From the sequence record KY926791.1: 32,000 nt of DNA. One strand, written 5' to 3'. A model generated the notes under the pieces. It saw nothing but the letters and a program-made list of their open reading frames with translations. It had not been told where the DNA came from and made no database searches. The stretch is from Salmonella phage SE1Kor. A program made the position numbers and the translations under genes. Shown here piece after piece: positions 8,671-17,322 of the stretch; the stretch's first letter is position 1, and the number at the start of each line of letters is the position of its first letter.

Positions 8671-9172
8671 CAAAGGCGATATGTCTAACGTTATTAAAAA
8701 TGCAACTGTCAAAGGTACTATTGCGGTTCAAGATGGCGCTGTGGAACAGCTAATTGTGGAACTTCTTACTGACACTGCTCAAATGCCACGATTTGCTACT
8801 CCTGGTTCTATGTGCTTTGACATCTACGCGGATGAGCCTGAGCCTGTGACAATCTATGCTGGTCGTGCGTACACGTTCAACACGGGTATTAAGCTGCAGA
8901 TCCCTCATGGTTACGGTATGGAAGTCTATTCACGTAGCGGTCATGGGTTTAAATACGGGATTCGTTTAGGTAACTGTACTGGTATCATTGATCACGATTA
9001 CCGAGATGAGTTGAAAATACGTCTGCACAACGACTCTTATGAACCTTACACGGTTCAGGTCGGTGAACGTATTGCACAGGCGCGTCTTGTGGAGCTGGTT
9101 CGTATGCGTATTGTTTCTGGTGTGGTAGAAGAAACAGATCGCGGCGGTTTTGGTTCTACTGGTAAGTTGTAA
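8663..9172 (+). CDS. dut: dUTPase
   Basis: Trimeric dUTPase motifs: YSRSGHG, GNCTGIIDHDYRDELK, RIAQARLVEL, TDRGGFGSTGK. Confidence 0.9.
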   Translation: MTNKGDMSNVIKNATVKGTIAVQDGAVEQLIVELLTDTAQMPRFATPGSMCFDIYADEPEPVTIYAGRAYTFNTGIKLQIPHGYGMEVYSRSGHGFKYGIRLGNCTGIIDHDYRDELKIRLHNDSYEPYTVQVGERIAQARLVELVRMRIVSGVVEETDRGGFGSTGKL

Positions 9173-9174
9173 TA

Positions 9175-9238
9175 AGCTCCGAGGGTATTTACATCAACGT
9201 TTTAGTTGGGTAACATACCCTCATTAAGAAAAGGAGCT
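9175..9238 (+). promoter_or_regulatory. Long structured 5' UTR hairpin sequestering the SD of the 9243 gene
   Basis: AGCTCC/GGAGCT outer stem (9175-9180 / 9233-9238) encloses GAGGGTAT/ATACCCTC (9181-9188 / 9215-9222), with further internal TTAC/GTAA and CAAC/GTTG pairs. Confidence 0.5.
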
Positions 9239-9242
9239 AGAA

Positions 9243-9560
9243 ATGAAAAAGCTACTTGTTTTGTTAGGATTGGTTGTATGTGTCAACGCGAACGCATATA
9301 CGTTCGATTGTGAAACTGTGTCAAATATTGTAAATAAAGACATTCTTATTAAGAATGAGCGTTACAATATTGATAAGAAGTATGCTGATAACGTCATTAA
9401 GACTAGTATCGGACTGTGTAAAGCTGCAAGAACAGCTTCAGAATCCGGGATGTCCACGAAGGAAGTAATGCAGTTCGTAGAATCCACAATGGATAACAAG
9501 AATGTGAGTAGTGACATTCAGACAAGAAACTTCATTACTGTATCTTTATCTTTGCAATAA
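9243..9560 (+). CDS. Small secreted/periplasmic protein with signal peptide
   Basis: MKKLLVLLGLVVCVNANA|YTFDCE: basic N-terminus, hydrophobic core, ANA cleavage-like site. Confidence 0.65.
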   Translation: MKKLLVLLGLVVCVNANAYTFDCETVSNIVNKDILIKNERYNIDKKYADNVIKTSIGLCKAARTASESGMSTKEVMQFVESTMDNKNVSSDIQTRNFITVSLSLQ

Positions 9561-9569
9561 GGTGATAAC

Positions 9570-9995
9570 ATGGTCCAGTTACCAGAAATGAACTTAACTG
9601 AAGAGCAGAAATACGAACTTCTTTATAACTGGTATTCTAAGAAAGAAGAATTAGCCAAAGTGCAAGCGCAAGAACGCGCACTGCGTCAAAGTGTGGTTAG
9701 CGTCTTCTTTCCTGATGGTCTTAACGAAAATACTAATAAGATCAAACTTGATACAGGTGACGATCTTGTTGTTACTCAACCTTATACGCGTAAAGTTGAT
9801 AAGGCGATCTTTAGTCAAATCCTACCAGATCTTATTGAAGCTGGCGTGGATGTTAACGAAGTTACTGAAACTAAAGTAGAACTCCGTGTGGCTGCATATC
9901 GTAAGCTGACAGCTGAACAGTTGGCGATCTTTGACGAATGCGTGACCACAACTCCAGGTTCTCCACAGGTTAAGATCGCTGTTAAGAAGGGTTGA
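9570..9995 (+). CDS. Hypothetical phage protein
   Basis: 141-aa ORF, same operon direction; no recognised motif. Confidence 0.6.
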   Translation: MVQLPEMNLTEEQKYELLYNWYSKKEELAKVQAQERALRQSVVSVFFPDGLNENTNKIKLDTGDDLVVTQPYTRKVDKAIFSQILPDLIEAGVDVNEVTETKVELRVAAYRKLTAEQLAIFDECVTTTPGSPQVKIAVKKG

Positions 9996-10586
9996 ATGCT
10001 CATCACGATAATATCGGATGCGTCGTTCTGTCACCGTACTAAATGTGGAGGCTATGGAATTTGGGTAGCCTCCAAACGGGGTAAGAAGGCTTTTGGTGGC
10101 CCTGCACATGGTCACGCGGATAATACCGTAGTTGAATGTATTGCAGTAGCTAACGGTTTATATCACGGTATAGAGGCTGGACTTATCTACACAAACGACG
10201 TTATATTGTTCCAGACGGATTGCAAAGCAGCTATCCATATGTTCGAAGGTAAACGTCCACCAAGAGGAGAAGAGCAGCAAGTATATAAATGGTTCATGGA
10301 TACTATTGTTGAGAATAGGCTTAGTTTCCAGTTCCGTCATGTTAAAGGTCATTCCGGCAGGATGGATTCCCGTAGCCTTGCACAAGACAAGTGCGATGAA
10401 ATTGCGGGTATGCACATGCGAACAGGTAGACGTCGCATGGACTACGATAAATTGAAAGTAGATACAGCAAAATCCGTTATTCCTAAACCGAAGAAATTTA
10501 ACATTGAGAAACAGCAATCTTGGGTTAGGAAGTTAAAACTTCTTGTTCGGGAACACACAAAGGTAAATTTCAATGGCTCGATTTAA
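9996..10586 (+). CDS. RNase H-like protein
   Basis: ISDAS...GGYGIWV, ECIAVANGL, QTDCKAAI, FRHVKGHSG: RNase HI catalytic pattern. Confidence 0.75.
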   Translation: MLITIISDASFCHRTKCGGYGIWVASKRGKKAFGGPAHGHADNTVVECIAVANGLYHGIEAGLIYTNDVILFQTDCKAAIHMFEGKRPPRGEEQQVYKWFMDTIVENRLSFQFRHVKGHSGRMDSRSLAQDKCDEIAGMHMRTGRRRMDYDKLKVDTAKSVIPKPKKFNIEKQQSWVRKLKLLVREHTKVNFNGSI

Positions 10587-11517
10587 ACCTTATCTAGCAA
10601 CAGATTGGGATTCAGCTAAACAGAAATATCCCGTAGGCGTCATGCCTAAAATTGACGGAGTTCGTGGGATGAAACCGTTTGGGGAGCTTGTTGGACGAAG
10701 TCTTAAATCTTTTGCAAATAAGCAGGTCGCAAAGGTATTTGGATCTTCCATTTACGATGGTATGGACGGTGAGCTTGCCGTTGGAGAAGAGACGGACTTT
10801 GACTTATGTCGTAAGACAAGTAGTGCAACATCTAAAATTGAAGGTGAATACGTTTGGACGTGGCATGTATTTGATTTGTGCGAACCAAACGTTGCACATC
10901 TGCCGTACAAAGAGCGTTATGACATGCTCAAGAAGTACGTGGACGAATGCCACGCTAACGGTGAGTTAATGGACGTGAAGGTTGTGCCGCTGTATGTGGT
11001 CAACAACGAACAAGAACTCCTGGAGTGGGAAAATATTTGGCTTGATATGGGATACGAAGGCGTGATCATTCGTGACCTTGAAGCAAAATATAAATGGGGT
11101 CGTAGTACGCAGCGTGAAGGCGGTTATCTCCGCATTAAACGTTTTACTGATGGTGAAGGTGAGATCATTCGTATTATCGAAGGTTGCACCAACGAGAATG
11201 AAGCGCAGATTAATGAGTTAGGGCAGACGTATCGTTCAAGCCACCAAGCTAATATGATACCGAATGGTATGGTTGGTTCGTTTGATGTGCGCGTTCTTAC
11301 AGTACCGGAAGGTCTTGAAGGCCTTATTGAAGTTGGGCAAGAAATGCGTGTAGGTGCTGGTCGTCTTACGCATGAAGAACGTAAATATTACTTTGAGCAT
11401 CCTGATGAATTTATTGGGAAGATTTCTAAATGGAAATTCTTTGCTCACGGTATGAAGGACAAATTGCGTATTCCTACGCATCAAAGTTTCCGTGATCCAA
11501 CGGATATTAGTGAATAA
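10573..11517 (+). CDS. ATP-dependent DNA ligase
   Basis: Nucleotidyltransferase motif I KIDGVRG, motif III-like DGMDGEL, motif IV-like GYEGVIIRD, motif V-like YLRIKRF. Confidence 0.85.
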   Translation: MARFKPYLATDWDSAKQKYPVGVMPKIDGVRGMKPFGELVGRSLKSFANKQVAKVFGSSIYDGMDGELAVGEETDFDLCRKTSSATSKIEGEYVWTWHVFDLCEPNVAHLPYKERYDMLKKYVDECHANGELMDVKVVPLYVVNNEQELLEWENIWLDMGYEGVIIRDLEAKYKWGRSTQREGGYLRIKRFTDGEGEIIRIIEGCTNENEAQINELGQTYRSSHQANMIPNGMVGSFDVRVLTVPEGLEGLIEVGQEMRVGAGRLTHEERKYYFEHPDEFIGKISKWKFFAHGMKDKLRIPTHQSFRDPTDISE

Positions 11518-11523
11518 TCACGT

Positions 11524-11552
11524 TTGCATTCAGGGTAATTGGGTCCTAGTAT
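11524..11552 (+). promoter_or_regulatory. Candidate sigma70-type promoter upstream of the ATPase gene
   Basis: TTGCAT-N17-TAGTAT in an intergenic gap. Confidence 0.4.
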
Positions 11553-11581
11553 TGCAGCCGTAACCACACAAGAGGTAACTT

Positions 11582-12328
11582 ATGCAATTTACAACTACCG
11601 CTCAAGCAGTTCTGGACACTGGTGTCAAGATGCTTGTGTATGGTGAATCCGGTATGGGTAAAACCATGCTTACAGCAACTCTTCCAAGACCGTTGCTGAT
11701 TTCTGCGGAGTCTGGGCTTTTATCTTTAACACCAAATAACATTGCTCGTGTATTTGGTGAAAACAGACCAGATATCTGCTACGATATTCCGACCATCACG
11801 GTTGAAAATATTCAGGATGTAGAGCAGGCTTATGTTTGGGCGACTAACCCTGCAAACAATCCTGTAGGTGAAGATGGTTTACCGCGCTTTCAGTCTCTTG
11901 CGCTGGATTCACTTACTGAGATTGCTGAAAAGTGCCTTAACAATGCGAAGCGTACTGTGAAAGATCCGCGTCAGGCTTATGGGGATCTTATTGAGAAGAT
12001 GCAAACTTTAGTTCGCGCTTTTCGAGATATCCCTGGACTTAACGTGTACATGGCAGCTAAAATGTCCCGTAACAAGGATGAGTTGACAGGTATTACGTCT
12101 TACGGTCCTTCTATGCCTGGTGCAAAATTAGGTCCAGAATTACCATACTTTTTTGACGAAGTGTTCAAAATTAGTGTTGGTAAAGACCAAAATACTCAAG
12201 CAGATTTTCGTTATCTGCTGACCAGACCAGATCTGTCAAATGTATGTAAAGATCGTTCTGGTTCGTTAGAACAGATGGAATATCCACATCTCGGTGCAAT
12301 CATTAACAAAATCAAAGGGGTACAATAA
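11582..12328 (+). CDS. RecA-like AAA ATPase, Sak4-like single-strand-annealing/recombination protein
   Basis: Walker A YGESGMGKT; Walker B-like ALDSL; gene neighbourhood with DUF669-like protein and exonuclease. Confidence 0.7.
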   Translation: MQFTTTAQAVLDTGVKMLVYGESGMGKTMLTATLPRPLLISAESGLLSLTPNNIARVFGENRPDICYDIPTITVENIQDVEQAYVWATNPANNPVGEDGLPRFQSLALDSLTEIAEKCLNNAKRTVKDPRQAYGDLIEKMQTLVRAFRDIPGLNVYMAAKMSRNKDELTGITSYGPSMPGAKLGPELPYFFDEVFKISVGKDQNTQADFRYLLTRPDLSNVCKDRSGSLEQMEYPHLGAIINKIKGVQ

Positions 12329-13239
12329 TGGCCGGTTTAGGAATGCAATTTAACGCTGGACAACACGCAGAGCGTCAACACAATAGCTTGATGCCAGCTG
12401 GATGGTATGTTGTTCAGATTGTAAACTCTGAAATCAAACCGACTAAAACTCCAGGCGGTGCGCGTCTGAATCTTCAGTTTAAGATTATGCAGGGTGATTT
12501 TGCTGGTCGTGTAATGTTTGGCGGTTACAACGTCAAAAACGCGAACCCTGTCGCTGTACAGATTGCAATGGAAGAACTGGCAGAGCTGTCCCGTGCTGTT
12601 AAAGTTCCAGTTTGGAACGATACCGAACAACTGCACGGTATTCCGTTCAACCTGAAAGTGAAAGTTCGTCAGCAACCTGGCTATGAGCCAAACAACGAAC
12701 CTCAGATTTATCAAGCAATTGATAATATGGAAGGTGTTGTATACGCAACTAAGGCGGACATGGCTAACCTGCCTAAATCAACTCCGGCAGCGGCAGCACA
12801 GTCTCCGGCATTTGGTGGCGGTGCGTTCGGTGGTACTCAGCAGCCACAGCAGCAACCGCAGCAGGGTTTCCCTGGTGCATTTGGGCAGCAGCCGCAGCAA
12901 CAGCAGCAGCAACCTCAGACTCAGGGGTTCCAGCAGCAAGTACAGCAACAACAGCCGCAGCAGCCGGTACAGCAACCGCAGCAGTCTGGGACAGTTGATT
13001 TTAACAGTGCGGCACAATCTCAACCGTGGGCTAATGGTGCGCAGCAGCAGACTCAGCAGCAACCTAACTGGGCAACTCAGCAGGTACAGCCTGGAGCAGA
13101 GCAACCACAAACTCAAGCTCAGAATACTGGTACTGCTAACCATGCAGAACCTGAAGTCCAGGATGATATCGCTAAAGCAGCTCAGACCAAGACTCCACCG
13201 TGGAAACGTTCCACTGAAGGCGATGACGCTGCACAGTAA
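12328..13239 (+). CDS. DUF669-like DNA-binding/recombination-associated protein with long Q-rich C-terminal linker
   Basis: N-terminal PAGWYVVQIVNSEIKPTKTPGGARLNLQFKIMQGDFAGRVMFGGYNVKNANPVAVQIA, followed by >100 residues rich in Q/P/G/F. Confidence 0.65.
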   Translation: MAGLGMQFNAGQHAERQHNSLMPAGWYVVQIVNSEIKPTKTPGGARLNLQFKIMQGDFAGRVMFGGYNVKNANPVAVQIAMEELAELSRAVKVPVWNDTEQLHGIPFNLKVKVRQQPGYEPNNEPQIYQAIDNMEGVVYATKADMANLPKSTPAAAAQSPAFGGGAFGGTQQPQQQPQQGFPGAFGQQPQQQQQQPQTQGFQQQVQQQQPQQPVQQPQQSGTVDFNSAAQSQPWANGAQQQTQQQPNWATQQVQPGAEQPQTQAQNTGTANHAEPEVQDDIAKAAQTKTPPWKRSTEGDDAAQ

Positions 13240-13258
13240 TTAAAAATCATGTTATAAT

Positions 13259-13285
13259 AAAGCTCCTCCGGGAGCTTTATTTTTC
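13259..13285 (+). terminator. Rho-independent terminator
   Basis: AAAGCTCC-TCCG-GGAGCTTT then ATTTTTC. Confidence 0.8.
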
Positions 13286-13301
13286 TATATAGGATTATGA
13301 T

Positions 13302-14252
13302 ATGCCACATTTTTATCCTGCTACTAAGACAATGGAGTTATTCAATGACTGTATTGAACGAGATCAAGGATCCGCTTACAGAGTATGGCTCGGAAAAGTA
13401 TTACCGCATATTGAAGACGCATATCGAGAGGGGGATGGTGGATTCCGTTCGCATCTTGGGATTAGTCTTATCGGGCAAGAATGTAGTAGAGCAATCTTCT
13501 ACGGATGGAGATGGGCAACTAAACCACACTTTAACGGTAAAACCTTACGTCTATTCAATCGCGGGCATCTTGAAGAAGGTCGCTTCGTGGCCTTACTACT
13601 TACCGCCGGTATGCAAGTCATCCAACAAGACGAAAATGGCAGCCAGTATCGAGTTAGCTATCTCAACGGGCACTTTGGCTCGGCAATAGATGGTATTGTC
13701 ATTGGTTGCCCTGACATGCCGCAACCTTCTACCCCAATCTTGACGGAAATGAAAACTCACAATAACGATTCGTTCAAGAAACTTGTCGTTAATGGTGTGA
13801 AGGAATCCAAATGGGAGCACTATGTCCAGATGCAGGAATACATGTTGTATTATGGACTCCCGGCCGCTCTTTATATTGCAGTTAACAAGAACACGGACGA
13901 GATTTGGGCAGAGCTTGTACCGTTTGATAAAGAAACCGCAGAACGCTACAAAGACCGTGGATTTGTAATTGCACTGGCAGAATGCCCACCACCTAAGATC
14001 AATGAAAGTAAATCCTACTATAAATGCAAATGGTGTGACCACAAAGCAGTGTGCCATAACAACAAGATGCCTGAAGTTAACTGCCGCACCTGTAAGCACT
14101 CTTATCCGCTTGAAGATGGAACCTGGAGATGCGCAATAAAAGTAGCTTCCGCTACTGCATACATCACCGATGGAACCGAAGGTGTGTTAACGAAGGAAGA
14201 TCAGATGGCAGCATGTGGTCAATACGAAGTAGCAGATTATTACGGTGAGTAA
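13302..14252 (+). CDS. RecB/Cas4-like PD-(D/E)XK exonuclease with C-terminal cysteines (possible Fe-S)
   Basis: FGSAIDGIVIG ... ILTEMKTHN ... YVQMQEYM, plus CKWCDHKAVC and CRTCKHSYPLEDGTWRC. Confidence 0.7.
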   Translation: MPHFYPATKTMELFNDCIERDQGSAYRVWLGKVLPHIEDAYREGDGGFRSHLGISLIGQECSRAIFYGWRWATKPHFNGKTLRLFNRGHLEEGRFVALLLTAGMQVIQQDENGSQYRVSYLNGHFGSAIDGIVIGCPDMPQPSTPILTEMKTHNNDSFKKLVVNGVKESKWEHYVQMQEYMLYYGLPAALYIAVNKNTDEIWAELVPFDKETAERYKDRGFVIALAECPPPKINESKSYYKCKWCDHKAVCHNNKMPEVNCRTCKHSYPLEDGTWRCAIKVASATAYITDGTEGVLTKEDQMAACGQYEVADYYGE

Positions 14253-16256
14253 ATGTTCAAACTACGTGATTATCAGCAAGAAGCTGTAAACAGTACATTG
14301 CGCTATTTCATCAAGCATGGTGAAAAGTCAGGAAATCCTGTTATCTTGTTGCCTACAGGGACTGGTAAGTCCCTTGTAATTGCTGGTCTATTAAAGACAA
14401 TTCACGATAATTGGGGTAGTACCCGCATGATGGTAATTACTCACGTAAAAGAATTGATAGACCAGAACCACGATAAATTTAAGAAGTTGTGGCCTGAAGC
14501 ACCGACTGGTATTTATAGTGCTGGTATGGGTCGCAAAGATAAGAACGCAATGATAACGTTCGCAGGTATTCAGTCTGTTGCAAAACAAGCTAAATACTTC
14601 GAGGACGTTGATATTATTATAGTTGACGAATGTGACCTTATTAGCCCAAATCAGCAAACAAGTTATCAGAAGTTCTTTGCGCACATTCGTGAAAAGAACC
14701 CATATCTAAAGATTATTGGTCTTACTGCTACGAGTTGGCGTCTTGGTTTTGGTTCTATTATCAAAGATGATTATGCGCCTAACGCTTTATTTGATGAAAT
14801 CGTATTTAACGCGTGTACCGTAGAGTGCTTCAACTGGTTCATTGATGAGGGTTATCTTGTTCCGTTAATACCACGTAAAACAAAGAAAGAGTATGATGTA
14901 AGTGGTGTTCATACTCGAGGCGGTGAGTTCATTGAAAGTGAGCTTCAAAAGGTTGTAAACGATCCTGATGTAACTCGCCATTTATTAGATGATGCGATTA
15001 GTATTGCGGAAGAAGAGAATAGAATGAGTTGGCTTATCTTTTGTGCTGGTGTAGACCATGCAAAAGATGTCAAAGACTACCTCAACGAGCGCGGTATTAG
15101 TTGTGAAGTTGTAACTGGTGATACACCAAAAGCCTTGCGTGACCAGTATCTTATTGATTTTAAAGCTGGTCGTTTACAGGCAATAGCAAACAACAACGTA
15201 TTAACGACAGGCTTTGACCATCCGGGACTTGATTTGATAATTGGTATGCGACCATCTCAATCTTCCCGTTTGTGGGTTCAGATGCTCGGACGTGGTACAC
15301 GACCTGATTATGCAGATGGTTTTGATTTGACCACAACAGAGGGCCGTTTGCAAGCTATCTCCGCTTCGCATAAACAAAACTGTCTTGTACTGGATTATGC
15401 TGGTAACACAAGACGTCTTGGGCCTATTAACGACCCTGTAATTCCTAAGCGCCCAGGGCAGAAAGGAAAGTCCGCTGCACCTGTTAAAGAATGCCCGGTA
15501 TGTAAAACATGGAACCATGCGTCAGTTCGATTCTGTGGTGGGTTAAAACCATTCGACACAAGTAGCATGTCACATGAAGAAATACTCTATCTGCAAGGAT
15601 TAGGTTATACCATTACAAATAATAAAGCGTGCCGTGCTGGTTATTGCGGTCATGAGTTTACTTTTGAGAAGAAACTAATGGCGAGTGCTAGTACGAAAGC
15701 TATTATCAAAAATGATTTACCAGTCACTGAGGTATTGAAAGTTGATATGGTGAGTTACTATCGTCATGAGAACAGGGGTGACCGTTCTAAGCCACCAACA
15801 CTTCGTGTCGATTATCTTTGTGGCTCACAAACTATTCAACAATATATTTGTCTGTTTCATACTGGCTTTGCAGGCAAGAAAGCGCGTAACTGGTGGCGCG
15901 AGCATTGCAGCTTGGCAATCCCAGCCAACATTGACGAAGCCCTCAATGTGGTCAGCCAGCTCCGTGTACCGACGCACATTTATGTCAACTTGAAGGGTAA
16001 GTTCCCTGAAGTGTTGAATAGTTGTTATGACGGTAGTGAGTTTGGTAAGAAAGAAGCAACTAATGAACGTCCGGTTGTACAAATCGCAGCAATGAATGGC
16101 TTGTCCCAGTTTGGTGGAAGTTATACGAATAAGTTTGATGAAGATGAGCAGACTGATTCTCGTACGACAGTGTTGCATTCTACGTCTAATCAACCTATTC
16201 TTACTGGTAACGGTAAAGAACTATCACCAGATTTTGATGACGACATTCCATTTTGA
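14253..16256 (+). CDS. SF2 DEAD/DEAH-like helicase with zinc-binding C-terminal region and SSB-like acidic tip
   Basis: LLPTGTGKSLVIAGL (Walker A), IIVDECD (motif II), LTATSW (motif III), QMLGRGTR (motif VI); CPVCKTWNHASVRFC; terminal DFDDDIPF. Confidence 0.88.
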   Translation: MFKLRDYQQEAVNSTLRYFIKHGEKSGNPVILLPTGTGKSLVIAGLLKTIHDNWGSTRMMVITHVKELIDQNHDKFKKLWPEAPTGIYSAGMGRKDKNAMITFAGIQSVAKQAKYFEDVDIIIVDECDLISPNQQTSYQKFFAHIREKNPYLKIIGLTATSWRLGFGSIIKDDYAPNALFDEIVFNACTVECFNWFIDEGYLVPLIPRKTKKEYDVSGVHTRGGEFIESELQKVVNDPDVTRHLLDDAISIAEEENRMSWLIFCAGVDHAKDVKDYLNERGISCEVVTGDTPKALRDQYLIDFKAGRLQAIANNNVLTTGFDHPGLDLIIGMRPSQSSRLWVQMLGRGTRPDYADGFDLTTTEGRLQAISASHKQNCLVLDYAGNTRRLGPINDPVIPKRPGQKGKSAAPVKECPVCKTWNHASVRFCGGLKPFDTSSMSHEEILYLQGLGYTITNNKACRAGYCGHEFTFEKKLMASASTKAIIKNDLPVTEVLKVDMVSYYRHENRGDRSKPPTLRVDYLCGSQTIQQYICLFHTGFAGKKARNWWREHCSLAIPANIDEALNVVSQLRVPTHIYVNLKGKFPEVLNSCYDGSEFGKKEATNERPVVQIAAMNGLSQFGGSYTNKFDEDEQTDSRTTVLHSTSNQPILTGNGKELSPDFDDDIPF

Positions 16257-16263
16257 GGCTTAT

Positions 16264-16503
16264 ATGGCAAAAATGACTTTTAGGAGTAATGACCATTTAC
16301 CAGAAGAAGGTGAATGGAAGACTTTTAAAGAGTGGGAAGAGTTAGGCTATGGTGTAATTAAAGGTGAAAGAGCTAAACGGTTTATTCATGGTGTTGCAGT
16401 TTTTCACGAAAGTCAAGTAATCAATATTGAAGATGAGTTCGAAAAATATAAACGTGAAGAACTGCAAGGAATGTATTGTGGACCAGAATGGTGGAAGGAT
16501 TAA
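16264..16503 (+). CDS. Hypothetical small phage protein
   Basis: ATG 16264 (MAKMTFRSNDHLPEEGEWKTFKEWEELGYG...), tight spacing both sides. Confidence 0.6.
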   Translation: MAKMTFRSNDHLPEEGEWKTFKEWEELGYGVIKGERAKRFIHGVAVFHESQVINIEDEFEKYKREELQGMYCGPEWWKD

Positions 16504-17226
16504 ATGTACATCTTAGTTGATTATAATCGGATGCAGGTATTAGCCAAGCATCCAAACTTCCAACGTCTTCATGAGTATGGAATTTTGTGTTGTAGCGAAA
16601 GCTCTGTAGTTCTTCCGTTGGAAGTTGAAGAACTATATAAAGAGTTTGATGATGTTCAAATGCAACTTTTGTACATCAACTTAACGGGTAATAAGCAAGG
16701 TGCTTTATATCCAAAGAAAATGATCAGTAAGATCATTCATTATTTTTTAAATGAAATACCGGAGACAGTAATAGATGCGGATGTGGCTGAACAAGCGGAC
16801 TGGGCAATTGCTAGTAATAAAGAGGGTGAGTGCATGTACCGCGAAGGCAGCTCTGTTCCAGATTTGGGGGAGGAGCCTAATATTCAAGTACGGAATGATA
16901 GTTCATTGGAATCCACCATCATTGACGGCCCAACCGTACAAACAAATATGGGCATACAACGGGCATGGACACCGACAAAAGAGCGGCAAGGTACTAGCAC
17001 ACCGGCAACCGAAAAACGTGCCGCAACGTCGCGTACAGCCGGCACTCGCGATATTATTTTCGCTGTTGCTGACGAAATGTGGAAAGAAGCTGGTGAACCT
17101 CGTGACAAGAAGGAGATCCTTCAGCTTAGAAAACAAATGATGGATCGTTTAGAGACACAAGGTGTGAAGCGTAATACATCAAGTAATACATTAGGGGTCT
17201 GGGTAAAAGAACGTGGCTTAAATTAA
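16504..17226 (+). CDS. Hypothetical phage protein
   Basis: 240-aa ORF directly abutting the previous gene. Confidence 0.6.
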   Translation: MYILVDYNRMQVLAKHPNFQRLHEYGILCCSESSVVLPLEVEELYKEFDDVQMQLLYINLTGNKQGALYPKKMISKIIHYFLNEIPETVIDADVAEQADWAIASNKEGECMYREGSSVPDLGEEPNIQVRNDSSLESTIIDGPTVQTNMGIQRAWTPTKERQGTSTPATEKRAATSRTAGTRDIIFAVADEMWKEAGEPRDKKEILQLRKQMMDRLETQGVKRNTSSNTLGVWVKERGLN

Positions 17227-17238
17227 TTAACTAAAATA

Positions 17239-17267
17239 TTGCATAGTTCTTTTAGAGGGGTTATAGT
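17239..17267 (+). promoter_or_regulatory. Strong-looking sigma70-type promoter
   Basis: TTGCAT-N17-TATAGT in the ~95-bp gap before the 17323 gene. Confidence 0.55.
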
Positions 17268-17322
17268 GCAACCACTTAGAACGTAGTTCACAACCAATAA
17301 CCACACTGTGAGGATTTAAATC

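Noticed and set aside
12337-13143. Minus-strand ORFs opposite the DUF669-like gene
   Set aside because: Antisense shadows (Leu-rich readings of the Q-repeat) with no independent start signals.
12683-13243. 186-aa plus-strand ORF (Ser/Arg-rich)
   Set aside because: Out-of-frame shadow of the CAG-rich Q-linker in the 12328-13239 gene; low-complexity translation.
13596-14099. 167-aa minus-strand ORF
   Set aside because: Fully antisense to the well-supported PD-(D/E)XK exonuclease gene.
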